Positions 19,054 through 29,646 of a DNA stretch of 64,000 nt are shown here, piece by piece. The stretch comes from Candidatus Omnitrophota bacterium (GTDB lineage Bacteria; Omnitrophota; Gorgyraeia; Zapsychrales; Zapsychraceae): the NCBI GenBank assembly GCA_003528115.1, contig DOGZ01000012.1, positions 2,095 through 66,094 on the forward strand. The letters are read 5' to 3'. Position 1 is the stretch's first letter, and the number at the start of each line of letters is the position of its first letter. A program made the translations under genes and the position numbers. The notes beneath the pieces are model-generated. The model was not told the origin of the DNA and searched no databases. It was given only the letters and a program-made list of their open reading frames with translations.

Positions 19054-20442
19054 CTACCGTGGACCGAGCATTTCTTCCGGACGGACCAATTTATCAAAAT
19101 CTTCAGGACTTAAAAAGCCCAAAGCCACGGCGGCCTGTTTCAAGGTGATATGTTCGGCGTGCGCTTTTTTCGCCACCTTGGCGGCCTTGTCATACCCGAT
19201 ATGAGGATTGAGCGCGGTCACGAGCATCAAAGAACCGTTGAGATGACTCTGGATTCTTTCTTCATTGGCCTCGATGCCCACCACACAATGTTCCGTAAAA
19301 CTTGCGCAGGCGTCGGCGATCAGACGGATGGATTGAAGGAGATTATAAATGATGACCGGTTTAAAGACGTTGAGCTCGAAATTCCCGCTGGCGCCGGCAA
19401 AGGCGATCGTGGTGTCATTGCCCATCACCTGGACGCAGACCATGGTCATGGCTTCACATTGAGTCGGGTTGACCTTGCCGGGCATGATGGAGCTTCCCGG
19501 TTCATTCTCCGGTAAGGTAATCTCCCCGATGCCGCATCGCGGACCGGAACCGAGCCACCGGATATCATTGGCGATCTTCATCAGCGAAGCGGCGATGGTT
19601 TTTAAGACGCCGCTGAACTCCACCATCGCGTCGTGGGCCGCCAGCGATTCAAATTTATTCACCGCCGTGATAAATGGAAACCCGGTCAATTCCTGTATTT
19701 TCTTAGCCGCCTGGACGGCAAAGCGCGGGTGCGTATTCAATCCCGTTCCAACGGCCGTCCCCCCCAGCGCCAATTCATACATTCTCGGCAAGGCCCCTTC
19801 GATCCTTCTTAATCCATTTTCCAACTGCCGGACATATCCTGAAAATTCATGCCCCAGCGTCAGAGGGGTCGCGTCCATCAAATGGGTGCGTCCGATTTTG
19901 ATGATATTTTTAAACTGCTCCGCCTTGTGTTTTAACGCCTCGCCTAATCGCGTGACCGCGGGGATTAACTTTTCATGGATCTGCAGAACGCTCGCGACAT
20001 GCATGGCCGTCGGAAAGACATCGTTGGAAGACTGGGCCTTATTGACATCGTCATTGGGATGAATCAAGGTCTTGTTCCCCATTGCCCCGCCGGAAAGTTC
20101 TGCCGCGCGGTTGGCGATGACCTCATTGACATTCATGTTGGTCTGCGTGCCGCTGCCTGTCTGCCAGATCACCAACGGGAAATGGTCCTGCCACCGGCCC
20201 GCGATAATCTCATCGGCGACGTTGGCAATCAGATCCGCCTTCTGTTTCGGTAACGTCCCCAGTTCCTGATTCACCAGGGCCGCCGCCTTCTTGATAATTG
20301 CCAGGGCCCTGATCAGCTCCGGAGGCATCACCTCACCGCCGATCTTGAAATGGATTAACGATCGGGCCGTCTGGGCGCCGTAATATTTATCCGCCGGGAC
20401 TTGGATTTCTCCCATGGAATCCGACTCTAAGCGATAGTTCAT
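19054..20442 (-). CDS. fumC: Class II fumarate hydratase
   Basis: [20 protein letters not shown] is the fumarate lyase signature. Confidence 0.88.
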   Translation of the reverse strand: MNYRLESDSMGEIQVPADKYYGAQTARSLIHFKIGGEVMPPELIRALAIIKKAAALVNQELGTLPKQKADLIANVADEIIAGRWQDHFPLVIWQTGSGTQTNMNVNEVIANRAAELSGGAMGNKTLIHPNDDVNKAQSSNDVFPTAMHVASVLQIHEKLIPAVTRLGEALKHKAEQFKNIIKIGRTHLMDATPLTLGHEFSGYVRQLENGLRRIEGALPRMYELALGGTAVGTGLNTHPRFAVQAAKKIQELTGFPFITAVNKFESLAAHDAMVEFSGVLKTIAASLMKIANDIRWLGSGPRCGIGEITLPENEPGSSIMPGKVNPTQCEAMTMVCVQVMGNDTTIAFAGASGNFELNVFKPVIIYNLLQSIRLIADACASFTEHCVVGIEANEERIQSHLNGSLMLVTALNPHIGYDKAAKVAKKAHAEHITLKQAAVALGFLSPEDFDKLVRPEEMLGPR

Positions 20443-20471
20443 TTCTCCTCCTCCAACATTGAATTCAGAAA

Positions 20472-20693
20472 TTATAAGACCATGTGTCTGGCGACAATCC
20501 TTTTAAAAGGTCGGGGTTCATGATTCATCATCGCGCCGAACTCCGTCAAGAAATCAATCCATTTGTCCGCGTCCACTTCGCCGTTATCCATAAAAAGAGC
20601 TGGGCTGCCGAATGCTAATTTCCGCAGGCTTTCTCTCAAACCCGCGGACTTGGACAAATCTAATAATTCTTTTTTGCTCTCTTCGTCCAGCAT
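20472..20693 (-). CDS. Hypothetical small protein
   Basis: 73-aa ORF with no recognisable motif. A 41-codon ORF (MGDIESFMKLHGSALNAALLSEYYRLFGLDKEFYDLKIKYL) lies just upstream on the same strand. Confidence 0.25.
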   Translation of the reverse strand: MLDEESKKELLDLSKSAGLRESLRKLAFGSPALFMDNGEVDADKWIDFLTEFGAMMNHEPRPFKRIVARHMVL

Positions 20694-20910
20694 TTTATGC
20701 CTATAAATATTTTATTTTTAAATCATAAAATTCCTTGTCCAGACCAAATAAACGATAATACTCACTGAGCAGCGCAGCGTTCAAGGCGCTTCCGTGCAAT
20801 TTCATGAAAGACTCAATATCCCCCATTTCTCCCCGAAAGCCGCCTGATGCTCTATTTAAGAAAAAGTCCCAAAGAACAAAAAGTTATTATTCAACTCATT
20901 AATCGCTAAA

Positions 20911-21582
20911 TCACAATTTTTTGTGAGTCTTCCAGAATAAATCAAGATTGTCAATTTCTTTAATCTCATGTCCATCGGGTGCCATTAACACAACTGACCA
21001 TTTAATAACACTCGCCCCTTTAGGTAATTTTCGTATCCCAACTACAGGATGACCATAATATTCATCTTTGGGGTATCCGCCGACAACATCAAGCTGGTGC
21101 GCATTGGATAATCTTTTTATATTACTGCCATCAAAATTTGCCCGATACAAAATAGCGTCAACTGCACAGTGTTGACTTAGAAAAAATATATAATTCCCAT
21201 CTGGAGAAAAATTCAAACTATCAAAAGAACCAAGATAGTATGACATATTGGGATGGTCCGCGTAATTACTCTTTATTATTCGATGTTCATTACTACCATC
21301 CACATTCACAGCCCAGATTTCTTCACAATCTGAAGGCATCCAGCCCGCATCTGAGGTGCCAGGACATGGCTTAATCTCTCGAACGAAAATAATTTTCTCA
21401 CGATCAGGCGACAGTTTTGCCCCGTAATCTTTCCCTTTGAACGTCAACTGAGACTCTTTATTATTTACATCACGAAAATAAATATTCTGATCTTTTTCAT
21501 AAACTTCTTGAGCGCATGCAGAAATAGCCAAAAGAATCCCTATTCCAATACTGCACATAAGAATCGCTATTTTTCTTCTCAT
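20911..21582 (-). CDS. Exported lipoprotein, probable beta-propeller (TolB-like DGS repeats)
   Basis: Signal peptide with a lipobox-like LAISAC. Repeated DGSN/DGNY blade-like motifs follow. Confidence 0.45.
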   Translation of the reverse strand: MRRKIAILMCSIGIGILLAISACAQEVYEKDQNIYFRDVNNKESQLTFKGKDYGAKLSPDREKIIFVREIKPCPGTSDAGWMPSDCEEIWAVNVDGSNEHRIIKSNYADHPNMSYYLGSFDSLNFSPDGNYIFFLSQHCAVDAILYRANFDGSNIKRLSNAHQLDVVGGYPKDEYYGHPVVGIRKLPKGASVIKWSVVLMAPDGHEIKEIDNLDLFWKTHKKL

Positions 21583-21731
21583 CTTTTATCTATCATCATT
21601 TACAGAACCATCATATACGATTTTACAAGTGTCTTTAGAAATCATATAAAACCCGATATTAAAAACCACTCAGGCCTCGTATTTTGTCGATTGCGCTCAC
21701 GTTGTCTATGCTTAATATCGATTCCTTATTT

Positions 21732-21775
21732 TGTCACAGTAAAATGTCACAGCATGTCACAGTAGCGTGTCACAG
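21732..21775. repeat. Direct-repeat array of 4 x TGTCACAG
   Basis: TGTCACAG occurs at 21732, 21745, 21755 and 21768, spaced 13/10/13 nt apart. The array spans the fic stop codon and lies about 150–190 nt upstream of the lipoprotein gene start. Confidence 0.8.
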
Positions 21776-22819
21776 TAAAACGTAGTGCTTGGTCGGATCA
21801 GTGGCGCTCTTGGCCACGATTTTAATGACCTTTTTCTCGACCAATTCTTCTAAATCCCTCTGAGCCGTACGCCGGATACAAGATGCGACAGACTGATACT
21901 CATTGACGGAGAGCGTGCTTTTAATAATAAGGTGCTTAACCGCTTTCTCCTGACGCTTATTCAAACCGATCTTCTTAATCTTTTGAAACTGGCTATCCTG
22001 TTTAATCAACTGTTCGCCTTTAGCCTGAATCTCGGTCATCTGCGAACGCAGGCCGTCAACGAAGTATTCAATCCATGTGGTCATGTCCATGTTATTCTTG
22101 CGGACGGTCTGGATGGCCTGATAATAGCTCGGACGGTCTTTGTCGTAATACTCCGAAATAGTAAAAAGGCGTTTAAAATCATAGCCGGTCTTGTAGAGGA
22201 TGAGCGTTGAAAGAAGCCGGGCCGTCCTGCCGTTGCCGTCGATGAATGGATGAATATGCACAAATTGAAATTGAGCGATACCAGCCACAAGGATAGGCGA
22301 CACATCCTCAGCCTTACTTACCCACTCCGTAAACTCCCGCATAAGATGCGGAACATCCAAAGGCCCGGGCGGAGTATAAACAACCTCACGTGTGCGGGAA
22401 TTGACGACATAGTTTTGTATCTTGCGGTAATTGCCCGGGTCTGCGTTTTCGCCACGGACGCCTTTAACGAGAATCTTGTGAAGCTCCCGGACAATGCCTT
22501 CCGAAACCGGATCGTCTTTGCCGAGATACTTTGAAATAAAATCCATTGCCTTCTTGTAATTCAAAAGCTCCCGCTCATCATCACGATTTACGCCCTTGAC
22601 CTTTCCACCTTCCAAGATGCTCTTGGCCTGCTCAAGGCTTAGGGCTGTGCCTTCAATATGCGTGGAATGGTGCGATTCAAGGATAAGCGCCTTTTTCTGC
22701 ATGTCGGCGATCCAGTCGTCCTTGAGCTTAACCGCATCCAGAAAGCCCCGCACCCGCTCGATCTCAACGAGCGCCTTATTGATCTTTGGTGTGATATTAA
22801 ATTTTGGGGCAAATGCCAT
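21770..22819 (-). CDS. fic: Fic-family protein (AMPylation / phosphocholination fold) with a C-terminal winged-helix domain
   Basis: HPFIDGNGRTARLL is the canonical Fic motif HPFx[DE]GNGR. The ATG one codon into the TTG-initiated ORF is preceded by an AGAGAGG ribosome-binding site. Confidence 0.85.
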   Translation of the reverse strand: MAFAPKFNITPKINKALVEIERVRGFLDAVKLKDDWIADMQKKALILESHHSTHIEGTALSLEQAKSILEGGKVKGVNRDDERELLNYKKAMDFISKYLGKDDPVSEGIVRELHKILVKGVRGENADPGNYRKIQNYVVNSRTREVVYTPPGPLDVPHLMREFTEWVSKAEDVSPILVAGIAQFQFVHIHPFIDGNGRTARLLSTLILYKTGYDFKRLFTISEYYDKDRPSYYQAIQTVRKNNMDMTTWIEYFVDGLRSQMTEIQAKGEQLIKQDSQFQKIKKIGLNKRQEKAVKHLIIKSTLSVNEYQSVASCIRRTAQRDLEELVEKKVIKIVAKSATDPTKHYVLL

Positions 22820-23051
22820 CAATTACCTCTCTAATCCAAGCAAACGTTTAATTTCTTTAATTCCGCATCAATCGATCCGAGAATCTTGACTGAAGAAACA
22901 TACTGAGAAGCATTCTCATCGGCATAAACACAGTCGAACGGGCGATACCCCATAACCCCATCGCAAAACCGCCAATGACGGCGTAACGGAATTCTCGCTT
23001 GAGAAACGTTTTAAGAGGAGTTCAAGGGTAATCTTAAAATCCATCCAGTGC

Positions 23052-23804
23052 CTATCTGCCGTCCTTGATACCCGTCAAGGCTTTTATGATATCTATGGGG
23101 ATAGGGAACAGCGTCGTTGTGTTATTTTCCTTTCCGATCTCCACCAGAGTTTGGAGATATCTTAATTGCAGGGCCATGGGAGATTTCTGCATCATATCTG
23201 CCGCCAGACAAATTTTTTCCGCGGCCTGCGCCTCGCCTTCCGCGGCGATAATTTTGGCACGGCGCTCGCGTTCCGCCTCGGCCTGGCGCGCCATGGCCCG
23301 GCGTAAATCCTCGGAAATGTCCACATGCTTGACGGCCACATTGGACACTTTGATGCCCCAGGGATCCGTCTGTTTGTCCAGGACTTCCTGGAGTTTCTCA
23401 TTGATCTTTTCCCGTTGGGATAACAGGCCGTCCAATTCCATCTCGCCCAGGATGCTTCTCAAGGTCGTCTGAGACATCTGAGACGTGGCAAACACGTAAT
23501 CCTGGACCTCGATGATGGCCTTGATGGGATCCATGACCCTGAAATAGACGACCGCGTTCACTTTCGCCGAAACGTTGTCCCGGGTGATAATATCCTGCGG
23601 CGGGACATCCAGGGTGACCAGACGCAAAGAGACAACCACAATACGGTCGATCGGCCAAAGTGCCAGCACGATCCCGGGACCTTTTTCTTTGGGTAAAACA
23701 CGTCCCAGACGGAAAACAACCGCCCGCTCGTATTCATTCAAAATCCTGACGCTGTTCATGAGCCAGACAACAAAAATAATAAAGACAATTAACGGCAAAG
23801 ACAT
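23052..23804 (-). CDS. SPFH / Band-7 (stomatin-like) membrane protein
   Basis: An N-terminal TM helix is followed by the SPFH domain ([10 protein letters not shown]...). A C-terminal Ala/Glu-rich coiled-coil is present. Confidence 0.85.
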   Translation of the reverse strand: MSLPLIVFIIFVVWLMNSVRILNEYERAVVFRLGRVLPKEKGPGIVLALWPIDRIVVVSLRLVTLDVPPQDIITRDNVSAKVNAVVYFRVMDPIKAIIEVQDYVFATSQMSQTTLRSILGEMELDGLLSQREKINEKLQEVLDKQTDPWGIKVSNVAVKHVDISEDLRRAMARQAEAERERRAKIIAAEGEAQAAEKICLAADMMQKSPMALQLRYLQTLVEIGKENNTTTLFPIPIDIIKALTGIKDGR

Positions 23805-23816
23805 GTTTCTCTCCTT

Positions 23817-25295
23817 TCAAGAACCCTTTTCTACTTTTAACTTTAACCCTTTCACCTCAATCACCCGGATCTTGTCACCCGGACGAATCATCTCATCGCT
23901 CTGGGCGTTCCAGAGTTCCCCATGAATAAACACCGTTCCACTCTGCGCGGCGTTGATCTCGGTCCTGGCCTCTCCGCTTTCTCCGACGAGTCCCTTTTGT
24001 CCACCTAAAATACGCGCCCTTTGCGCGCGGATCACAGATTGCAAAAGGAATACCGATATCGCCGCCGTGGAGAATGAAACAGCCAAAATAACGGATTTCG
24101 AGACACGCATCACCGGATCCACGGAATCAAAAAGCAACAGAGACCCTAAAACCAAACTAACCAGTCCCCCCAGCGTTAAAAGACCGAACCCCGGGACAAA
24201 AGCCTCGGCAACCAGCAGGGCCATCCCCAAAATCATCAAGGCCAAACCGGCGTAATTCGTCGGCAACGTCTGCATACTGTAAAAAGCCAGTATAAGAAAA
24301 ATCGCCCCCAAGACGCCGGGGACGCCGAATCCGGGATGGGTGAGTTCAAACAAGAGACCGTAAAATCCCAGGATCATTAAAATATACGCGATGTTGGGAT
24401 TAGCCAGGATATTAAAAAACTTCTGACGCGCGTCCATCTCCTCTTTCTCAACTGAGGCGTCCTTCGTCTTTAAGACACGCGCCTCATCGCTATTCAACGT
24501 GATCACGCGGCCATCCAATTGACGCAACAGATCATCCAGATTATCCGCCAGGATTTCAACAACGCCTTTTTCCAGAGCCTCTTGCGCGGTAATCGAAGAA
24601 CTCCGGGTCACACTTTCCACCGCCCACTCGACATTACGATGTCTTTCTTTGGCAATGGCTTTAACAAAGGCCACGGTATCATTGAGAATCTTACGGCTCA
24701 TGGGATCCGCATCCTGCGGGAATTCTTCCTTCTCCAGGGGAGACTTTGGGGTCGGGCTATCTTGCGGGGCCTCTCCGTTTTTCGTCACGGAGGGAATTTC
24801 TTCTTCCTCCTTCAGGATTTTTGTCTCTTGACGCGACGCTTTCATTTCCTTAATCAACTCTTTTAATTCGTCCCAGTCACCCTCCCTGCGCGAAACGCCT
24901 TCCGCCATCTGAACAGGGTGCGCGGCGCCGATATTCGTCGAGGGCGCCATAGCCGCCACATGACTGGCATAAGTCAGAAAAACACCGGCCGAACCCGCCC
25001 TGGACCCGCTGGGGGCGATATACACCACAATCGGGACTTTGGAAGTCAGCATCTTTTTCACAATATGCCGGGTGGAATCCAGAAGACCGCCGGGGGTATC
25101 CAGCATAATAACCAGACATTGGGCCTTTGCCTCGTACGCCCTGTCAATGCCGTGGATGATATATTCCGCCGTGATGGGATTGATGCCGGCATCATTGAGC
25201 TGGATCACATGGATCTTTGGGGAAGGAGGGTTCGCGTAAGACGTTTGAATGAACGGCAGGATCAGGCATGTCGAGACGAACAAAATAAGTACCAC
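23817..25295 (-). CDS. nfeD: NfeD-family membrane-bound ClpP-class serine protease (long form with a C-terminal OB domain)
   Basis: DTPGGLLDS...VAAMAPSTNIGAAHPV is the ClpP-like block. An internal multi-TM region and a C-terminal OB fold follow. The gene pairs with the upstream SPFH gene. The start is set to the GTG at 25295, which gives a clean signal peptide, VVLILFVSTCLILPF. The alternative ATG at 25403 or the track ORF to 25583 would read through repeat copy 3. Confidence 0.75.
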   Translation of the reverse strand: MVLILFVSTCLILPFIQTSYANPPSPKIHVIQLNDAGINPITAEYIIHGIDRAYEAKAQCLVIMLDTPGGLLDSTRHIVKKMLTSKVPIVVYIAPSGSRAGSAGVFLTYASHVAAMAPSTNIGAAHPVQMAEGVSRREGDWDELKELIKEMKASRQETKILKEEEEIPSVTKNGEAPQDSPTPKSPLEKEEFPQDADPMSRKILNDTVAFVKAIAKERHRNVEWAVESVTRSSSITAQEALEKGVVEILADNLDDLLRQLDGRVITLNSDEARVLKTKDASVEKEEMDARQKFFNILANPNIAYILMILGFYGLLFELTHPGFGVPGVLGAIFLILAFYSMQTLPTNYAGLALMILGMALLVAEAFVPGFGLLTLGGLVSLVLGSLLLFDSVDPVMRVSKSVILAVSFSTAAISVFLLQSVIRAQRARILGGQKGLVGESGEARTEINAAQSGTVFIHGELWNAQSDEMIRPGDKIRVIEVKGLKLKVEKGS

Positions 25296-25311
25296 CCAGG
25301 GCCGAACCTTT

Positions 25312-25372
25312 ATTGACCTCCGCGCGAGTAATGGAATTGGACCATCTTGCGGACGGAGATCGAGATTCCCAT
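25312..25372 (-). repeat. Structured repeat, copy 3 (core only, inverted)
   Basis: The minus-strand sequence is atctcgatctccgtccgcaagatggtccaattccattactcgcgcggaggtcaataaagg. It matches the core of copies 1 and 2. The stem gatctccg/cggaggtc is kept through a C-to-T change that gives a G·U pair. Confidence 0.7.
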
Positions 25373-25397
25373 GCTTTGGTAATAAAATGTTTGCGTG

Positions 25398-25592
25398 TCC
25401 CATTATTTTTACGGAAGTGCTACCGTGTCCACTGAATAGTCGGACACGGTACAACACTGCGCCTTTTCTGAAAATATCTACTGACTTCCGCAAAAGCAAT
25501 GAAACACTATGGTAGTCAGTATCTCGACCTCCGTCCGCTTGGTGGTTCAATTCTATTATTTGTGCGGAGGTCAATAATAGCAATGAATTTGA
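25398..25592 (+). repeat. Structured intergenic repeat, copy 2 (compact form)
   Basis: Colinear with copy 1. Internal inverted segments are ttttacggaagt/acttccgcaaaa, actgcgcc/ggcgcagt, ctgact/agtcag and gacctccg/cggaggtc. Confidence 0.8.
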
Positions 25593-25617
25593 CGGCGCAG
25601 TAAGTTAAGACTTGGCA

Positions 25618-27090
25618 TTAATTATACCGCAAGAAATGCGTCAAGAGCCTCACGCCCGCGCCTGTGGCCCCATGGCCGAAATACATTCTCCCATCCCCTT
25701 CAACAAAAGCTGTCCCGGCGATGTCCAAATGAGCCCACGGGGTGTTTTCCGTGAACTGATGAAGAAATTCCGCCGCGGTGAGAGCTCCGGCGGCCCCTTT
25801 GGCAAAACCGATATTGCGGATGTCCGCGACTTTTGATTTTATCGCGTCTTTCAATTCCGCGTAAATCGGCAGGCGCCAAACGCGGTCGTCCGTTTGTTCC
25901 GAAGAACGCAATAATTGCGAAGCAAGCTGTTCGTCGGGGGATACCAACCCTGAATAATCATACCCCAGGGCCACCACACAGGCCCCGGTCAACGTGGCAA
26001 TGTCGATCAGGCGCGACGGCTTGTAATTTTTAATCGTGTAGGAAATCGCGTCCGCCAAAACAAGCCGGCCCTCCGCGTCCGTGTTCCCCACCTCAACCGT
26101 TTTTCCGGCGTACCCTTTGATCACGTCCCCGGGTTTATACGCCTGAGAACCGATGACATTTTCCGCCAAGGCGATCACGAACAAAATATTCTTTTTGACA
26201 TTCAAACTTAAAACATTTTTCAACACGCCCAGGACAGCGGCGGCCCCGCTCATGTCGGTCCGCATGGTTTCCATGCTTCCGGTCGGCTTCAAATTCAGGC
26301 CGCCGGTATCAAAGGTCAACCCCTTGCCGACCAGAGCCGTGGTATCATCCTTTTTCGAAGAACCGTGATACTGAACAATCATCAATTTCGGTTCTTTCTT
26401 GCTGCCCTGATTCACCGCCAGATGCAGGCCAAGCCCTTTGGCTTTCAGTTCCTTTTTGTTCAGAATCTCCACGGAAACATTTTTTTTGTCCTTAATGAGA
26501 CGGCGGACGGCCCCTTCCATATACTCCGAGGTAATCACATCCGCGTTATCATTAATCAGATCACGGGTAAAATTGACCCCTTCACAAATGACCCGGGTTT
26601 CTTCAAAAACTTTCTTGCTGCCCGCTACCAGAAAAATATGCTTATCGTCGACTGTTTTATTTTCCGAATTTTCTGTCCGGTATTTCCGCCATGTATAATT
26701 GCCGATCAGAACGGCTTCAAGAACGGCGTTCATGACATCGTCGGTGGGGTCAGGGACGAGCATCTCAACGTTCTTGATTTTCTTGAGAAAAGAAGCCTGA
26801 AGAGCCTTGCGGACCGTCGCGCGCAAGGACATCAAGGTGAGTTCTTCTTTCTTTCCAAGCCCGGCCAAGAGGATGATCTTTTTACGAAAAATCAACGGGA
26901 AAACCTGCCCGCTTTCACCGGTAAACTGGTCCGTCGTGTGAAGGAATTCGATTTCTTTCTTTAACTCACCCGGAAAAGACTCAAGCGTCTTACCCAGGAC
27001 ATGATCTTGTTCTAAAAAAATCAAAGTGGCTTCCTTATCAAATACAGCTTGTGGTCGATACGTAATCACTGCCCTGCCCCTTTCTTCCAT
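25618..27090 (-). CDS. pepA: Leucyl aminopeptidase (M17)
   Basis: NTDAEGRLVLADA is the M17 signature. The N-terminal regulatory domain is present. Confidence 0.9.
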   Translation of the reverse strand: MEERGRAVITYRPQAVFDKEATLIFLEQDHVLGKTLESFPGELKKEIEFLHTTDQFTGESGQVFPLIFRKKIILLAGLGKKEELTLMSLRATVRKALQASFLKKIKNVEMLVPDPTDDVMNAVLEAVLIGNYTWRKYRTENSENKTVDDKHIFLVAGSKKVFEETRVICEGVNFTRDLINDNADVITSEYMEGAVRRLIKDKKNVSVEILNKKELKAKGLGLHLAVNQGSKKEPKLMIVQYHGSSKKDDTTALVGKGLTFDTGGLNLKPTGSMETMRTDMSGAAAVLGVLKNVLSLNVKKNILFVIALAENVIGSQAYKPGDVIKGYAGKTVEVGNTDAEGRLVLADAISYTIKNYKPSRLIDIATLTGACVVALGYDYSGLVSPDEQLASQLLRSSEQTDDRVWRLPIYAELKDAIKSKVADIRNIGFAKGAAGALTAAEFLHQFTENTPWAHLDIAGTAFVEGDGRMYFGHGATGAGVRLLTHFLRYN

Positions 27091-27104
27091 CCCATGATTT
27101 CAAA

Positions 27105-28406
27105 TTATCGTTGTTCCATCGGAATATAATCGCGGACGCGCTCTCCCGTGTAAATCTGACGCGGCCGACCGATCTTGGATTTTGAATTTTCTTTCATTTC
27201 TTTCCAGTGCGCGATCCAGCCCGGCATACGCCCGATCGCGAACATCACCGGGAACATAACCGTCGGGATACCAATGGCGCGATAAATAATCCCGCTGTAA
27301 AAATCAACATTCGGATAGAGTTTTCTTTGAGTGAAATAATCATCCTTGAGCACCGCCTCTTCCAATCGGACAGCGATATCCAAAAGCGGATCATGAATGC
27401 CGAGTTTGGCAAATAGCTCATGCGCTTTTTCCTTAATAATCTTCGAGCGCGGATCAAAGTTTTTATAAACCCTGTGACCAAATCCCATCAAACGGTAACT
27501 ATCCTTGGGATCCTTGGCTCTGTCGATAAACTTCTGAATATCGCCTCCCGCTTTTTGAATCTCTTCAAACATCTCAACGACCTGCTGATTCGCGCCCCCA
27601 TGCAATGGGCCCCATAAAGCGCAAACGCCGGCGGAAATCGAAGCGAACAGATTCGCCCACGAACTCCCGACCAAACGGACCGTGGACGTGCTGCAGTTTT
27701 GCTCATGATCCGCGTGCAAAATAAGGACCGTTTCCAGGGCGCTGACAACTTCCTCCATCATTTTGTATGGTTGATGAGGGCTCGAGAACATCATGTGAAG
27801 AAAATTGGGGATGTACTCAAAATCTCTGCGCGGCGCGACGAATGGTTCTCCCATGGATTTCTTATACGTGTAGGCCGTGATGGTGCAGACTTTCGAGAGA
27901 AGTTCCGCCGCGGTCGTTCGAATATCTTCCTGGGTGGGCTCGGTGTTCAATAGTTCCGGATAATACCCGGAAAGAGAACAGACCATCGCGGAGAGAAGCC
28001 CCATGGGATGTCCGGTGGTCGGATAACCGTCAAAAAATTTTAACATATCCGGATGAAGATCCGCGTGGATCTTCAGCGAATGAGCGAATTCATCTAATTT
28101 TTGCCGTTGAGGGAATTCTCCGTAGATCAAGAGATACGAGGTTTCGACAAACGTGGATTTCTCCGCCATCTGTTCAATGGGAATGCCCCGATAACGCAGG
28201 ATGCCCGTCTCCCCGTCTAAGAAGGTAATCCCGCTTGTGCATGAGCCGGTATTGCCAAAGCCGTTGTCCAAAGTGATATAGGAGGTTTCACTGCGCAGAT
28301 TCGTGATGTCAATCGCCTTTTCATTTTCCGTACCGACGATAATAGGAAACTCAAACGTTTTTCCGTCCAAAATGATTTTCGCTTTTTCCTCCATAAAACC
28401 TCCCAT
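27105..28406 (-). CDS. gltA: Citrate synthase
   Basis: 433-aa protein. GFGHRVYKNFDPR is the citrate synthase active-site block. Confidence 0.9.
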   Translation of the reverse strand: MGGFMEEKAKIILDGKTFEFPIIVGTENEKAIDITNLRSETSYITLDNGFGNTGSCTSGITFLDGETGILRYRGIPIEQMAEKSTFVETSYLLIYGEFPQRQKLDEFAHSLKIHADLHPDMLKFFDGYPTTGHPMGLLSAMVCSLSGYYPELLNTEPTQEDIRTTAAELLSKVCTITAYTYKKSMGEPFVAPRRDFEYIPNFLHMMFSSPHQPYKMMEEVVSALETVLILHADHEQNCSTSTVRLVGSSWANLFASISAGVCALWGPLHGGANQQVVEMFEEIQKAGGDIQKFIDRAKDPKDSYRLMGFGHRVYKNFDPRSKIIKEKAHELFAKLGIHDPLLDIAVRLEEAVLKDDYFTQRKLYPNVDFYSGIIYRAIGIPTVMFPVMFAIGRMPGWIAHWKEMKENSKSKIGRPRQIYTGERVRDYIPMEQR

Positions 28407-28506
28407 GATAAGTTTCGAACTTTGAGTTGGGGCCGACGACCACAGGGTTCCATGACTGTAGCGGAAGTCAGTATATTATGAACGCGTCTTCTTTTCAAAC
28501 ATTATG

Positions 28507-29571
28507 TCAGCGGCGATCTAGGGGGGCATTACCTTTAAACAGACGCGGATTCTGGGAAATCCATGCGACCATCTTTTCAATCCCTTGCCGGGGAGACACC
28601 GTTGGTTTCCATCGCAGCAACCTTCCGGCGCGGCGGATGTCGGACACATAAACTTTCTGATCAAATTTCCGCCACGCACCAAAATTTATTTTGACATTCT
28701 TTTGAGTCACGTTTTTCAAAGCCGCCACCAACTCTAAAAGAGAGAGGGTATTTTGAGGACCTCCGCCGATATTAAAAACCTCCCCCTGCAACCCGCTTTC
28801 AATAAATTTTTCATACGCCCGGGCTAAATCCTCGACCCATAAGACATCCCGAATCTGTTTCCCGTCTCCGTAGATGGTGATCGGTTTTCCAAGAAGAAAC
28901 CGTATCGCGAACCACGCCAGCCACCCCTGATCCTCGAAGCCGAATTGTCTGGTCCCGTAAATACAACTCATCCGGAACACCCCGCATTTCAAGCCGTACA
29001 CATAAGCGTAATCCTGCGCGTAGAGATCGCCCGCCAATTTAGAAACACCATACGGCGTGTGTCCCGTCCGATCGATGCCGAAGTCCTCGCTGATCCCTTT
29101 TCCCCGCTTATACGCGTAGCGCATTTCCGTTTCACGGATCGGAAGAGAATTGCCGTTGTCTCCGTAAACTTTATTCGTCGAACAGTAAATGAAGACGCCC
29201 TTTTTATTTGTCAGACGCAGGGCCTCGAGGACATTCAGAGTACCGGTGGCATTAATCGCGTAATCTTCCAACGGATCCTCCAAAGAAAACCGCACCCCGG
29301 GCTGACCCGCGGCATGAATCACCACGTCCGGCTTTTCCCGTTTAAAGATGCGCTGCATTTCCGCTCGATCCCGAATATCCTTTTTAAGTAATTGAATATT
29401 CTTCAAAGTCTCCAGGTAATGCCAATTGTACTCCACGGACTTGTTTTTAGACCCGAATATTTTGGATCTCATGAGATTATCGACAACGACAATCTGATGT
29501 TTCTTCCTGGCAAAATACTCCGCGCAGTGCGATCCCACCATCCCCGCTCCGCCCGTGATCAATATCTTCAT
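28507..29571 (-). CDS. NAD-dependent sugar-nucleotide epimerase/dehydratase (SDR family)
   Basis: ILITGGAGMVGSH is the Rossmann motif. YCSTNKVYG and YxxxK form the catalytic pair. Confidence 0.8.
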   Translation of the reverse strand: MKILITGGAGMVGSHCAEYFARKKHQIVVVDNLMRSKIFGSKNKSVEYNWHYLETLKNIQLLKKDIRDRAEMQRIFKREKPDVVIHAAGQPGVRFSLEDPLEDYAINATGTLNVLEALRLTNKKGVFIYCSTNKVYGDNGNSLPIRETEMRYAYKRGKGISEDFGIDRTGHTPYGVSKLAGDLYAQDYAYVYGLKCGVFRMSCIYGTRQFGFEDQGWLAWFAIRFLLGKPITIYGDGKQIRDVLWVEDLARAYEKFIESGLQGEVFNIGGGPQNTLSLLELVAALKNVTQKNVKINFGAWRKFDQKVYVSDIRRAGRLLRWKPTVSPRQGIEKMVAWISQNPRLFKGNAPLDRR

Positions 29572-29646
29572 AGCGCTCTTTCCGTTTGTCGGATAATAGG
29601 TAAACAGTCTTCAGCGCAATTCAACCCTTGGCTGTGGTGTTTACCT

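Noticed and set aside
20700-21780. Prophage or integrase near the Fic gene
   Set aside because: No integrase, tRNA attachment site or phage structural genes were seen. Only the short repeat array is present.
23065-25515. Numerous 60–135-aa ORFs on both strands within the SPFH and NfeD genes
   Set aside because: Overlapping, high-GC-region artefacts of the ORF caller. The real genes have clear domain signatures.
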